Below are positions 1 to 8,581 of a stretch of DNA of 64,000 bases, in pieces. The position numbers were made by a program, and so were the translations under genes. Every line of letters starts with the position of its first letter. Positions within the stretch are counted from its first letter, which is position 1. The notes below the pieces were generated by a model. The model was given only the letters and a program-made list of their open reading frames with translations. It was not told the origin of the DNA and ran no database searches. This DNA comes from Candidatus Omnitrophota bacterium (GTDB lineage Bacteria; Omnitrophota; Gorgyraeia; Zapsychrales; Zapsychraceae). The DNA is taken from the NCBI GenBank assembly GCA_015233115.1, contig JADFYJ010000006.1, positions 65,801 through 129,800 of the forward strand, written 5' to 3'.

Positions 1-1
1 A

Positions 2-169
2 TACGGCATGCACACTATGGATAAAAGTTTGGCGGTTCTTTACGAACGCGGATTGATTACCTATGAGGATGCTTTTGCTCAGGTTAAAGATCTTCAGGAA
101 TTTAAACAATTGCTGCATCAAAATTTGAGTCAGCAAAAAGGGCCAGGTAAGGAAAAAGACGAGAGATGA
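2..169 (+). CDS. 3' fragment (C-terminus) of a PilT/PilU-type twitching-motility ATPase. Partial at the window edge.
   Basis: Frame 2 translates to YGMHTMDKSLAVLYERGLITYEDAFAQVKDLQEF...*, typical of a PilT C-terminus. Stop TGA at 167-169. Confidence 0.45.
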   Translation, partial: YGMHTMDKSLAVLYERGLITYEDAFAQVKDLQEFKQLLHQNLSQQKGPGKEKDER

Positions 170-272
170 GGCTGTCCGTATATCTTCTGTAAAATAATCC
201 GCATAAATTCTTTATACTTTATCTTTTTTAAACTATATTCTATACTTTATATTTAATAGTTTGTAATCTGTT

Positions 273-420
273 GTAGGGGCGATCTCCCGATCGCCCGCAC
301 TATAAAAGATTTATAAATTTAACATTCCAGGGGTTTTTGGTTTAGTTTCATTTAAGTAAAAAAAACGAAAATTTTGTAAGCGGGCGATCGGGAGATCGCC
401 CCTACGACCAAGGACGTAAT
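273..420. repeat. GC-hairpin repeat element. Two perfect inverted copies of GTAGGGGCGATCTCCCGATCGCCCGC (273-300 and 380-406) around an 80-bp AT-rich spacer, then the tail GACCAAGGACGTAAT.
   Basis: Exact reverse complements were read directly. The same unit recurs at 15731-15859 and 48719-48757. Confidence 0.8.
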
Positions 421-497
421 GTCCGCGTAGTACCAGGAGCTCCGCGAGTGGTGCAAAACTTTGTGCTCTCTACTTTTTTATCAAGAAAGGTTTTTTT

Positions 498-1694
498 ATG
501 CATGAATCAATGATTGAAGAAGCAAAACAAAAATTTGGGGCTTTACTTTTGGACCAGTGCAAACGGGTAGAGAAGATGAAGCAGAATGCTGAAAAAGTTG
601 ATTTTTCTAAACTTAAACCTATTGTAATAGGGTCTTGCTGGGGAGATGGCATCGGGGAAGTTATTTCAAAATTAAGCCAGGAAGTTCTGACGTTTGTTTT
701 AAAGGATGATATGAAGGCCGGACGAGTGGTGATCAAGGATATCGCGGGCTTGACCATAGAGAACCGAGTCAAACACATGAAAGCAATTCCCGATGCTGTT
801 TTAGAAGAAATTAAGTCATGTCACGTTATTTTAAAAGGCCCGACGACTACACCGCAGGCCGGAGATCCCTGGCCTAACATCGAAAGCGCGAATGTCGCCA
901 TGCGCCGCGCTTTAGATTTATTTGCGAATGTCCGGCCGGTAAAAATTCCGCAAATGGGAATTGATTGGTGTTTTTTTCGGGAGAATACTGAAGGGGCATA
1001 CGTGCTGGGATCAAAAGGTTTTGATGTCACCGAAGATATCAGTGTCGATTTTACCGTAGCTACGGAGCAAGGTTCAGAACGGATCATTCGGATGGGATTT
1101 GAATACGCGCGGATGAACGGAAAGACGCAAATTACGATTGTGACCAAGTCAAATATAATTAAAACCACTGACGGCCGTTTTTCTAAAGTGGCCAAACGTA
1201 TAGCGCAAGAATATCCCGGAATCAAAATGGAAGAATGGTATGTGGATATTATGTCCGCGAAATTGATTGATCCGGAACGGCAAAAAGATTTCCAAGTGAT
1301 TATTCTGCCGAATTTATACGGCGATATTTTAACGGATGAAGCCGCGCAGATTCAAGGCGGAGTAGGGACAGCGGGAAGCGCCAATATTGGAAATCGGTGG
1401 TCCATGTTTGAAGCCATTCATGGCAGTGCGCCGCGCATGGTTAAAGAAGGCAGAGCCAAGTATGCTGACCCTTGTTCCATGATCCGCGCCAGCGCAATGT
1501 TGTTACGTCATATCGGATATATGGAGCAAGCGGAAAAAATTGAAATGGCTTTGGATGTGTGCGGTCAGTTTGAAAAGAACATGGTCATAACCGGGCGGGA
1601 TACCGGAGTGACGGGTAAAGAATTTACCGAGTATGTGTTGTCATGGATTAATAATCCGAAGTTGAAGCAAGCGTGGATGGATGGAATCGCGTAG
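498..1694 (+). CDS. Isocitrate/isopropylmalate dehydrogenase family protein (NAD(P)-dependent beta-decarboxylating dehydrogenase).
   Basis: GDGIGEV nucleotide-binding motif and NLYGDILTDEAAQIQGGVGTAGSANIG family signature. The N-terminal 30-40 aa may be over-called; an alternative start is M27. Confidence 0.75.
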   Translation: MHESMIEEAKQKFGALLLDQCKRVEKMKQNAEKVDFSKLKPIVIGSCWGDGIGEVISKLSQEVLTFVLKDDMKAGRVVIKDIAGLTIENRVKHMKAIPDAVLEEIKSCHVILKGPTTTPQAGDPWPNIESANVAMRRALDLFANVRPVKIPQMGIDWCFFRENTEGAYVLGSKGFDVTEDISVDFTVATEQGSERIIRMGFEYARMNGKTQITIVTKSNIIKTTDGRFSKVAKRIAQEYPGIKMEEWYVDIMSAKLIDPERQKDFQVIILPNLYGDILTDEAAQIQGGVGTAGSANIGNRWSMFEAIHGSAPRMVKEGRAKYADPCSMIRASAMLLRHIGYMEQAEKIEMALDVCGQFEKNMVITGRDTGVTGKEFTEYVLSWINNPKLKQAWMDGIA

Positions 1695-1972
1695 AGTGAC
1701 AAAGTAACCGAGTAACAGAGTAACAGAGAAAATGCGATTGATGGTAAAGCGATGATGGCACAGCAATAATAAAACTTTGTTATTTGTTTTAAAATTTTTT
1801 GAAAATATATTTTTTAGTTATACTCGTTTTATTAAATTATTTTTTGCAACGCCACGTTTATGCTTTGTTTTATAAATTTAACGTTTTTGTGCTGTCACAA
1901 TATTACGTTGTTGCTTTGTATTTCTGTTACGCTGTTGCTTTGTTACTCTGTTACTCGGTTACTCTGTTACTA
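1694..1972. repeat. Intergenic palindromic element, GTAACNGA arm subfamily. Forward arm 1694-1728, core AAAATGCGATTGATG, reverse arm about 1908-1970.
   Basis: Tandem GTAACCGA/GTAACAGA units and their reverse complement TCTGTTAC/TCGGTTAC. Fills the whole idh-lipB intergenic space. Confidence 0.8.
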
Positions 1973-1978
1973 TAAATT

Positions 1979-2623
1979 ATGACAAATTATTTGTGCCAAT
2001 TCTTGGATTGGGGTTTGATTTCTTACCAGGATGCGTATCAGCGTCAGAAAGAATTGGTTGATAAAGTCAGCAGGAATGATCCGCAGAAATTAATAGTCTG
2101 CGAGCATCCGGCGGTTTTGACGTGCGGCCGGACATCCAAACCCGGCAATCTTCTGGTGAATGAAGAGATCCTTAAATCCCGGGGGATTGAGGTTCTTCGC
2201 GTTGACCGAGGCGGGGATATTACTCTGCACAGTCCGGGGCAAATGGTGATTTACCCGATATTTGATCTTAATTTTTATGGACGGGATCTGCATGTTTTTT
2301 TGAGAAAATTAGAGCAAGTAGTCATTGATTTATTAAGTGATTTTGATATAGTGGCTATAAGAATTCCCGGGAAGACGGGTGTATGGGTCGGCGGGAAAAA
2401 GATCGCGTCAATCGGTATCGGGGTTCGTAAATGGGTTTCTTTTCACGGCGTGGGTCTTAATATTGACACGGAATTATCTTTGTTTTCTGTGATGCGGCCC
2501 TGCGGACTTGATGTGGAAATGACTTCTTTGGCGCGGATTAAGGCAACATCAATTGATAAAATTAAACTTGTATCCCGTTTGAAAGAAAACTTTCGGCGGG
2601 AATTTAATTTAACATTTGGTTGA
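1979..2623 (+). CDS. lipB: Lipoyl(octanoyl) transferase LipB.
   Basis: RGGDITLHSPGQMVIYPI motif (LipB RGGxxTxHGPGQ), catalytic C/K context, about 214 aa. Confidence 0.85.
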   Translation: MTNYLCQFLDWGLISYQDAYQRQKELVDKVSRNDPQKLIVCEHPAVLTCGRTSKPGNLLVNEEILKSRGIEVLRVDRGGDITLHSPGQMVIYPIFDLNFYGRDLHVFLRKLEQVVIDLLSDFDIVAIRIPGKTGVWVGGKKIASIGIGVRKWVSFHGVGLNIDTELSLFSVMRPCGLDVEMTSLARIKATSIDKIKLVSRLKENFRREFNLTFG

Positions 2624-2626
2624 AAC

Positions 2627-2771
2627 GGTAATAGGTGAAAGGTGAGACGTGAAAGGTTAATTGTATTGTTCGCTGGTGCTCCAATGAAAAAACAATTGAT
2701 TTTAAAAAAGAATAATCCAAAATAATCAGCTAAACATTTTTTTACATTTCACTTTTCACATTTCACTTTTT
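2627..2771. repeat. Intergenic palindromic element, GTGAAAG arm subfamily. Forward GGTGAAAGGTGAGACGTGAAAGG, core AAAAAACAATTGATT, reverse CATTTCACTTTTCACATTTCAC.
   Basis: Inverted tandem heptamers flank an AT-rich spacer between lipB and the lipoyl-domain gene. Confidence 0.7.
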
Positions 2772-2788
2772 TCTTTTTAGGATAAGAT

Positions 2789-3040
2789 ATGTCAAAACAT
2801 ACATTATACGAATTAAAATTGCCCTCTTTGGGAGAAGGCATCAAATCGGCCACGGTCGTGGAATGGCTGGTCAAAGAGGGCGACATGGTTCAAGTTGACG
2901 ACGATCTGCTGGAGATTGCCACGGACAAAGCGACGTTCAATGTTCCGTCTGAGCATAAGGGACAATTGAAAAAAATAGCTGTAAAAGCAGGCGAAGACAT
3001 AGTGATCGGCGGGAAATTAGCGATCATTGAGGAGGCATAG
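2789..3040 (+). CDS. Stand-alone lipoyl-attachment domain protein (E2-type lipoyl domain, 83 aa).
   Basis: LPSLGEGI...EIATDKAT: lipoyl-lysine in a TDKA context. Immediately downstream of lipB. Confidence 0.6.
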   Translation: MSKHTLYELKLPSLGEGIKSATVVEWLVKEGDMVQVDDDLLEIATDKATFNVPSEHKGQLKKIAVKAGEDIVIGGKLAIIEEA

Positions 3041-3043
3041 ATC

Positions 3044-4177
3044 ATGACCGCGGTTGAAACAAAACGCAAACGTGTTTTATTAATGTATATCACCAAAGTA
3101 TCCGGCCATAGGCAGGCGACGATTGCGATTCAAAAATCTCTCAAAGCCATTGATCCGACGCTGGAAACGCCGGCGATTAATGGTTTTGGTTATACTTATC
3201 CCATCCTTGAAAAAATGGTCAATCAGGCCTATATGAGCGTGATCAAAACCACGCCTCAATTATGGGATTATTTATACGATAATCCGAAATTTTTTAAACG
3301 GTCGCAGAATATAAAAAAGTTTTTGTTTAAAAGCAGTCATGCCAAACTTGAGCGTTTATTTAAGCGGCATGATCCCAGTGTGGTGGTATGCACCCAAGCT
3401 TTCCCGTGCGGAATGGTCGCGGACTTTAAACGCCAGCACAATTTGGATTTCAAAATTGTCGGGGTATTAACGGATTTCGCGCCGCATTCTTATTGGATTA
3501 ATGACGGGGTGGATTATTATGTGGTGCCGTCTCAAGATTCTAAAGAGCGTTTTATGGCCAAAGGCGTCCCCGCGCCAATGATTAAAGTATACGGGATTCC
3601 GGTTAAGCATAAATTCGCGCAAAAGCATGAACAGCATACGGCGGCTCGCAACCTGGGATTAGATCCGTCCATTCCTTTGATTTTAGTGATGGGCGGAGGA
3701 CAAGGGTTGGGACCGATTAAAAAAATTGTTAAATCTTTGAGCAAAATTAATACAGCGGTTCAGATTGTGGTTTTGGCCGGTAATAACAAAAAGGTTATTG
3801 ATAAATTAAAAAAACTGGTTAAAAAATCTGAAAATAAAATTATGCCGATGGGTTTTTTAAAGAATGTGGATGAGTATATGGACGCGGCCTCAGTCATCAT
3901 CACGAAACCCGGCGGGATCACCACAGCTGAATCGCTGGTTAAGGGTTTGCCTATGGCGATCATTGATCCTTTGCCTGGCCAGGAAATGAGGAATACGGAT
4001 TTTTTAATTAAAAATGGCATCGCGATCCGTGTAGACAGCGCCAGTGATATTGGGGAAGAGATCGAAGTGTTATTGAAGACTCCGTCCCGGCTGGCCGCGA
4101 TGCGTAAAGCCGCGTTGGAATTTTCTTATCCTGATTCCTCCATGGATATCGCGCGTTTGATCATGGAACAACTGTAA
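3044..4177 (+). CDS. MGDG-synthase / MurG-like (GT28) glycosyltransferase, a diacylglycerol glycosyltransferase-like protein.
   Basis: N-terminal MGDG_synth-like region. C-terminal GT-B motif ITKPGGITTAESL...PGQE. Confidence 0.6.
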   Translation: MTAVETKRKRVLLMYITKVSGHRQATIAIQKSLKAIDPTLETPAINGFGYTYPILEKMVNQAYMSVIKTTPQLWDYLYDNPKFFKRSQNIKKFLFKSSHAKLERLFKRHDPSVVVCTQAFPCGMVADFKRQHNLDFKIVGVLTDFAPHSYWINDGVDYYVVPSQDSKERFMAKGVPAPMIKVYGIPVKHKFAQKHEQHTAARNLGLDPSIPLILVMGGGQGLGPIKKIVKSLSKINTAVQIVVLAGNNKKVIDKLKKLVKKSENKIMPMGFLKNVDEYMDAASVIITKPGGITTAESLVKGLPMAIIDPLPGQEMRNTDFLIKNGIAIRVDSASDIGEEIEVLLKTPSRLAAMRKAALEFSYPDSSMDIARLIMEQL

Positions 4178-4183
4178 AAAATC

Positions 4184-4317
4184 GGTTGATGGTTGTTGGT
4201 TTGTGGTTAAAACATTAGTTTTTTTTAAAAGCACAATGTCATTATATTATTGGTTTTTAGTTGTTGGTTAAATTATTCGTTTTGTCCAAAAACCAAAAAC
4301 AATCAACCATCAACCAT
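4184..4317. repeat. Intergenic palindromic element, GGTTGTTGG subfamily. Outer perfect 12-bp IR GGTTGATGGTTG / CAACCATCAACC; inner 68-bp unit 4251-4317.
   Basis: Inner unit GGTTTTTAGTTGTTGGTT...TTGTCCAAAAACCAAAAAC...CATCAACCAT is nearly identical to 6873-6940. Confidence 0.8.
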
Positions 4318-4334
4318 AATAATTTTTTAATACC

Positions 4335-5204
4335 ATGCTCAGATTTATATTTTTTAAATTTTTCAAATTTCTGGTCAATGTTCTTCCGTTAACATGGTCT
4401 TATAAAGCGGCGGAAGGGATAGCCAAAGTTTATTGTTTTTTTAAACGAACCGAGCAAGAGGCTGTTAAACGCAATCTCCTCGCCATTGATCCGGAGATGA
4501 AGAATTTAGACGCGGCATCCCGGGCCGTGTTTCAGAATTTTAGTTGTTATCTGGTCGAATTTTTAATGATGTTCCGGTTGGTTAATGATAAGGATTTGGG
4601 TCAGAGGTTTGAATTCCGGGGTTTTGAGCATATTGAGCAATATGTCAAAACAGGCAAGCCGGCGATTATATTAACGGCGCACATCGGGAATTGGGAATTG
4701 GGCGGCGCTCTGCTGGCTAAAAAAGGGTGCGCGGTTACGGCTGTGGCCTTACAGCACAAAGAATCATTAGTTAATAATTTTTTTGATCAGCAACGCTTGT
4801 TGTGCGGTATCGAAGTGGCGTCAACTGCTTACGCGGTCAAGGAGTGTTTGAAGGCTTTAAAAAACAACCGCATTGTCGCCATTGTCGGCGATAAGGATTT
4901 TACGGGAAGCGGCAGTCCGGCTGATTTGTTCGGGCACAAAATTGTTCTTCCTCGCGGCGCGGCATTGTTCGCCCAGCGTGCCCATGTTCCGGTTATCCCG
5001 ACATTTTTAATTAGGCAGGGGCAAGGGCATTTTGTTTTGCATGTTTATCCGCCGGTCACGCCTGAAGATATTAAACTTGAAAAAAATAAAAAATTCGGGG
5101 TTTATGAAGATTTAATTATCCATCAGTATACCGAGGCATTGGAAGACATTATTAAAAAATATCCATCGCAATGGATTGTTTTTAAGGAGTTTTGGCAATC
5201 ATGA
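4335..5204 (+). CDS. Lipid A biosynthesis lauroyl/myristoyl acyltransferase family protein (LpxL/HtrB-like).
   Basis: HIGNWE acyltransferase motif, family size, overlapping stop/start with the downstream GT2 gene. Confidence 0.7.
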   Translation: MLRFIFFKFFKFLVNVLPLTWSYKAAEGIAKVYCFFKRTEQEAVKRNLLAIDPEMKNLDAASRAVFQNFSCYLVEFLMMFRLVNDKDLGQRFEFRGFEHIEQYVKTGKPAIILTAHIGNWELGGALLAKKGCAVTAVALQHKESLVNNFFDQQRLLCGIEVASTAYAVKECLKALKNNRIVAIVGDKDFTGSGSPADLFGHKIVLPRGAALFAQRAHVPVIPTFLIRQGQGHFVLHVYPPVTPEDIKLEKNKKFGVYEDLIIHQYTEALEDIIKKYPSQWIVFKEFWQS

Positions 5205-5875
5205 GAGTTTGTATTTTGATCCCAGCTCATAATGAGATCAGAGCTATTGGTGTTTTGGTAACAACTTTACGGGCCCAAAATCTGGAAGTGTTGGTGGTTG
5301 ATGACGGGTCAACGGATGGCACATCAGACGCGGCTAAAAATGCCGGTGCAGTTGTGCTTCGCAATGAAGAATGCAAAGGCAAAGGATTTTCGCTCAGACA
5401 AGGATTTAATTGGGTTCTCAATCGTGGTTATCAGGGAGTGGTAACTATGGATGGCGACGGTCAGCATGATCCGGAGGATTTATCTAAATTTTTAGCTAAA
5501 GCTGAATCTAAAGAATGCGGGATTATCAATGGTGACCGCCTCTCGAATGCTAAGGGTATGCCATTACTGCGATATACTGTCAATTGCTTGATGTCATGGA
5601 TAATTTCATTGGTATGTAAACAAAAAATTGCTGATAGTCAATGCGGGTACCGGTATATATGTTGCGATGTCTTGAAATATTTCGAACTCAATACGGACGG
5701 ATTTGAAATTGAATCTGAACTTTTGATCAAGGCCGCCAGGAGGCGGATAAAAATTGACGCGGTCCCGGTCAAGACGATCTACGGCCAGGAACTTAGCAAA
5801 GTCCGTCCCGTCCGTGATACAATAAAATTCATCCAGTTTTTAACAAAACAATTAATAGGAGACAAAAGGCAATAA
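5201..5875 (+). CDS. Family 2 glycosyltransferase (DPM1/bactoprenol-glycosyltransferase-like).
   Basis: ILIPAHNE...VVDDGSTDGT...TMDGDGQHDP motifs. ATG at 5201 preferred over the TTG at 5192. Confidence 0.75.
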   Translation: MRVCILIPAHNEIRAIGVLVTTLRAQNLEVLVVDDGSTDGTSDAAKNAGAVVLRNEECKGKGFSLRQGFNWVLNRGYQGVVTMDGDGQHDPEDLSKFLAKAESKECGIINGDRLSNAKGMPLLRYTVNCLMSWIISLVCKQKIADSQCGYRYICCDVLKYFELNTDGFEIESELLIKAARRRIKIDAVPVKTIYGQELSKVRPVRDTIKFIQFLTKQLIGDKRQ

Positions 5876-5905
5876 GAGGGCATAGCCTATCGCCTGTTTT
5901 ATTAT

Positions 5906-6598
5906 ATGTCCAATCGTATTTTTACATTTTGTTTGATAAGTTCTTTGGTGATCCATATCGTTTTGATACTGGGGTTGAGCTGGCATATCCATTTGCTTTC
6001 TGTTCATCAGAAACAAGCTGTTGAAGTGACTTATAATGTGTCCCGGAATAAATCCAAAGCGATTATTGAAAAACAACTGGAAATGGCGAAAAAAAACTTT
6101 AAACCGGATCCTAAAAAAGATTTGGATATTCTTTCTAAAGATTCTTCCAAATTAGCTTTTGATAAAACTAGTTTTAAAAGTATCGAAAAAACTCCGACAG
6201 ATTTTAAACTGGACCACGATTTTAGTCATGTCACCCGGCACATGACAAAAGAAAAAGTATCCATTCCGCTTTTAGATTCCCAGGAAATTAGTAATCCTAA
6301 ATATCAGAATTATAATCAGGTGATACGCCAACGCATCAAAGAGCATGCATATTATTATGTGGATCATCCGGATTTTCGTTCAGGAGAAGTTTATTTGACT
6401 TTTGTGATTAATGGTCGCGGCGAATTAGCGGCAGTGCGGGTGATTGAATCCCGTACGCGGGCGAATGATTATTTAAAGACTATTGCCATGCAAAGTGTAA
6501 AAGATTCCGCTCCATTTCCGGCGTTCCCAACAGATTTGAAATATCCGGAATTGACGTTTAATGTGGTGATATCATTTGAAGTGGATGGACAGAAATAG
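5906..6598 (+). CDS. TonB-family energy transducer-like protein: N-terminal TM helix and TonB C-terminal domain.
   Basis: Hydrophobic N-terminus, a K/D/P-rich linker, and a C-terminal YYVDHP...GEVYLTFVINGRGEL...FPAFP TonB_C-like segment. Confidence 0.55.
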   Translation: MSNRIFTFCLISSLVIHIVLILGLSWHIHLLSVHQKQAVEVTYNVSRNKSKAIIEKQLEMAKKNFKPDPKKDLDILSKDSSKLAFDKTSFKSIEKTPTDFKLDHDFSHVTRHMTKEKVSIPLLDSQEISNPKYQNYNQVIRQRIKEHAYYYVDHPDFRSGEVYLTFVINGRGELAAVRVIESRTRANDYLKTIAMQSVKDSAPFPAFPTDLKYPELTFNVVISFEVDGQK

Positions 6599-6619
6599 GA
6601 TAATATTGAAAGGAGATAT

Positions 6620-6868
6620 ATGGAAATTGATTTTTTGAATTATGTTTTGAGTTTGGGATATCAAGCTATGGTTTTCTTAGGAGAAATACCTAATCCGTCG
6701 ACCAACAAAGAAGAAAAAAATTTGGATCAGGCGAAATTATTGATTGATACCTTGGTGATGTTGAAAGAAAAAACCCGGGGCAATCTTACTGAAGAAGAAG
6801 CGAATTTGTTAGAAAATTCACTCGCTGAATTGCAAATGAAGTACGTGGAGGCTGGAGCCAAAATATAA
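6620..6868 (+). CDS. DUF1844-family small protein.
   Basis: 82 aa; MEIDFLNYVLSLGYQAMVFLGEIPNP pattern typical of DUF1844. Confidence 0.5.
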   Translation: MEIDFLNYVLSLGYQAMVFLGEIPNPSTNKEEKNLDQAKLLIDTLVMLKEKTRGNLTEEEANLLENSLAELQMKYVEAGAKI

Positions 6869-6872
6869 AAGC

Positions 6873-6940
6873 GGTTTTTAGTTGTTGGTTGTTGAAAGTG
6901 TTTTTGTCCAAAAACCAAAAACTATAATCCATCAACCATG
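6873..6940. repeat. 68-bp GGTTGTTGG-subfamily repeat unit, near-copy of 4251-4317.
   Basis: GGTTTTTAGTTGTTGGTTGTTGAAAGTGTTTTTGTCCAAAAACCAAAAACTATAATCCATCAACCATG compared against 4251-4317. Confidence 0.8.
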
Positions 6941-6954
6941 AAAAGAGACAAGAC

Positions 6955-7392
6955 ATGAAAAGAATTCTTGTAATCAATGGACCGAATTTGAATTTGCTGG
7001 GCGAGCGGGAGACTGGTATTTACGGAAAAGTCTCGCTCGAAGATATTAATAAACTTCTTACTGTCGCAGCCAAAACGCATCAGGTATCTTTGGAGTTTTT
7101 CCAATCTAATCATGAAGGTGAAATTGTAGATAAAATTGGTCAAGTTAAAGCCGAAGGTTTTAGCGGCATCTTGATCAACCCCGCCGCTTACACTCATACC
7201 AGCATCGCGATCCGTGACGCGGTTGCTGCTGTTGTGATTCCTACTGTCGAAGTCCATTTATCCAATATCCATGCCCGGGAAGAATTTCGTCATAAATCGC
7301 TTATTGCACCTGTGGCACAAGGCCAAATCAGCGGTTTTGGCCCCCAAAGTTATGTCTTAGGTCTGCAAGCATTGGCAGGGATAATAAAATAA
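6955..7392 (+). CDS. aroQ: Type II 3-dehydroquinate dehydratase.
   Basis: [16 protein letters not shown]...[14 protein letters not shown] signature motifs; about 145 aa. Confidence 0.92.
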   Translation: MKRILVINGPNLNLLGERETGIYGKVSLEDINKLLTVAAKTHQVSLEFFQSNHEGEIVDKIGQVKAEGFSGILINPAAYTHTSIAIRDAVAAVVIPTVEVHLSNIHAREEFRHKSLIAPVAQGQISGFGPQSYVLGLQALAGIIK

Positions 7393-7425
7393 ATAGGTCT
7401 GTCCCTAATTATTGGAGCTAAACAT

Positions 7426-7923
7426 ATGAACAAAAAAAATGGCATTGTTTTACTTGGATTGCTCTTATCAGTTTCTTTGGCATGGGCACAAGCACAAAAT
7501 TTAGATTCCGCTGATACAAAAATTATCCTGGAGCGCAGAGGGTGCTTTGGGACTTGCCCTGCTTATAAATTAACCATTTATCCTGACGGGAAAATTAATT
7601 TTTTAGGAAAAGAATATGTGAAGGCCATGGGGCCGCATGTTAAAAGAATATCTTCCGATAAGCTGGCTCTGATATGGCGTGAACTGGAGAATACAAAATT
7701 TTTTGATTTGGATGGCAAATATGATTGTGAAGATGTGACAGATCAGGCGACAACTATAACAACGGTTATAAAAGACGGCAGTATAAAACAAATTGTCCAT
7801 TACCAGGGCTGTATGTCCGCGAATAAAAAAGAACTCTCTGCGTTGACTAAATTGGAAGATAAAATAGATAAGCTGGCAGGGATTGATGATTGGCTTTTAT
7901 ATGAAAAAAGAAAAAAGAAGTGA
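7426..7923 (+). CDS. Secreted or lipoprotein-like hypothetical protein with a C-x-G-x-C motif.
   Basis: Signal peptide MNKKNGIVLLGLLLSVSLAWAQA. No recognisable family. First gene of the putative inserted cassette. Confidence 0.45.
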   Translation: MNKKNGIVLLGLLLSVSLAWAQAQNLDSADTKIILERRGCFGTCPAYKLTIYPDGKINFLGKEYVKAMGPHVKRISSDKLALIWRELENTKFFDLDGKYDCEDVTDQATTITTVIKDGSIKQIVHYQGCMSANKKELSALTKLEDKIDKLAGIDDWLLYEKRKKK

Positions 7924-7940
7924 GAAGTAGATCCTTGATT

Positions 7941-7962
7941 GTGTACGGGATTTGTAGTACAC
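7941..7962. promoter_or_regulatory. Inverted repeat GTGTACgggatttgtaGTACAC upstream of relB, a candidate TA autoregulation operator.
   Basis: Palindrome lies 23 bp upstream of the antitoxin start codon. Confidence 0.4.
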
Positions 7963-7984
7963 TTTATTTGGAAAGGATAAAGAG

Positions 7985-8245
7985 ATGATAAAGCAATCAA
8001 GGGTTGAGGCCAGAGTCGCTTTGAAATTAAAAAATGAAGTCGGATCTGTATTAAAAAGACTGGACATTTCTGAATCGGAAGCGATTCGGATATATTTTAG
8101 GCAAATTGCTCTTACCAAAGGCATTCCTTTTGAAATAAAAATCCCTAATAAAGAAACGATCAGCGCGTTAAATGAAGTAACCACGGCTAAGTTAAGGGAA
8201 TTCAAAAGTTTTGATGAGTATCTTAAAGGTATCGATGCCGAATGA
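7985..8245 (+). CDS. RelB/DinJ-family antitoxin.
   Basis: 86 aa; ribbon-helix-helix-like N-terminus; overlaps the downstream RelE/YafQ toxin gene (ATGA). Confidence 0.65.
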   Translation: MIKQSRVEARVALKLKNEVGSVLKRLDISESEAIRIYFRQIALTKGIPFEIKIPNKETISALNEVTTAKLREFKSFDEYLKGIDAE

Positions 8246-8508
8246 GAATTATTTCTCCTACCAGACAATTTGACCGTGATTTAAAAAAATTATTAAAACG
8301 CAAAAAAGAAATATCAAAATTAAAAGCTGTGGTTGATTTGCTTTCGGGTGAAGGCCGACTGCCTTTAAAATATAAACCGCATGCATTAGTCGGTGATTGG
8401 ATCCCGTGTTGGGATTGTCATATAGAACCAGATTGGCTATTAATTTATCAAGTGACTGAGACTCACGTGTATTTATTCCGAATCGGTAGTCATTCAGATT
8501 TGTTTTAA
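8242..8508 (+). CDS. RelE/YafQ-family type II toxin (mRNA interferase).
   Basis: 88 aa; C-terminal HVYLFRIGSHSDLF resembles YafQ/RelE; 4-bp overlap with the antitoxin. Confidence 0.7.
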   Translation: MRIISPTRQFDRDLKKLLKRKKEISKLKAVVDLLSGEGRLPLKYKPHALVGDWIPCWDCHIEPDWLLIYQVTETHVYLFRIGSHSDLF

Positions 8509-8581
8509 TATATAGGGACAGTCCGTATTTATTCAAAGTTGTGTGTTAAGGCAGGAAGCGTTGGCAGGGATAATAAAATAA

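Noticed and set aside
821-1225. Numerous minus-strand ORFs in the track (e.g. 821-1225, 12369-12608, 36308-36727, 37043-37300, 37829-38176, 52110-52502, 57486-57707).
   Set aside because: They lie antisense inside well-supported + strand genes (idh, accC, groES/groEL, HD-7TM, giant ORF) and have low-complexity compositions typical of shadow ORFs.
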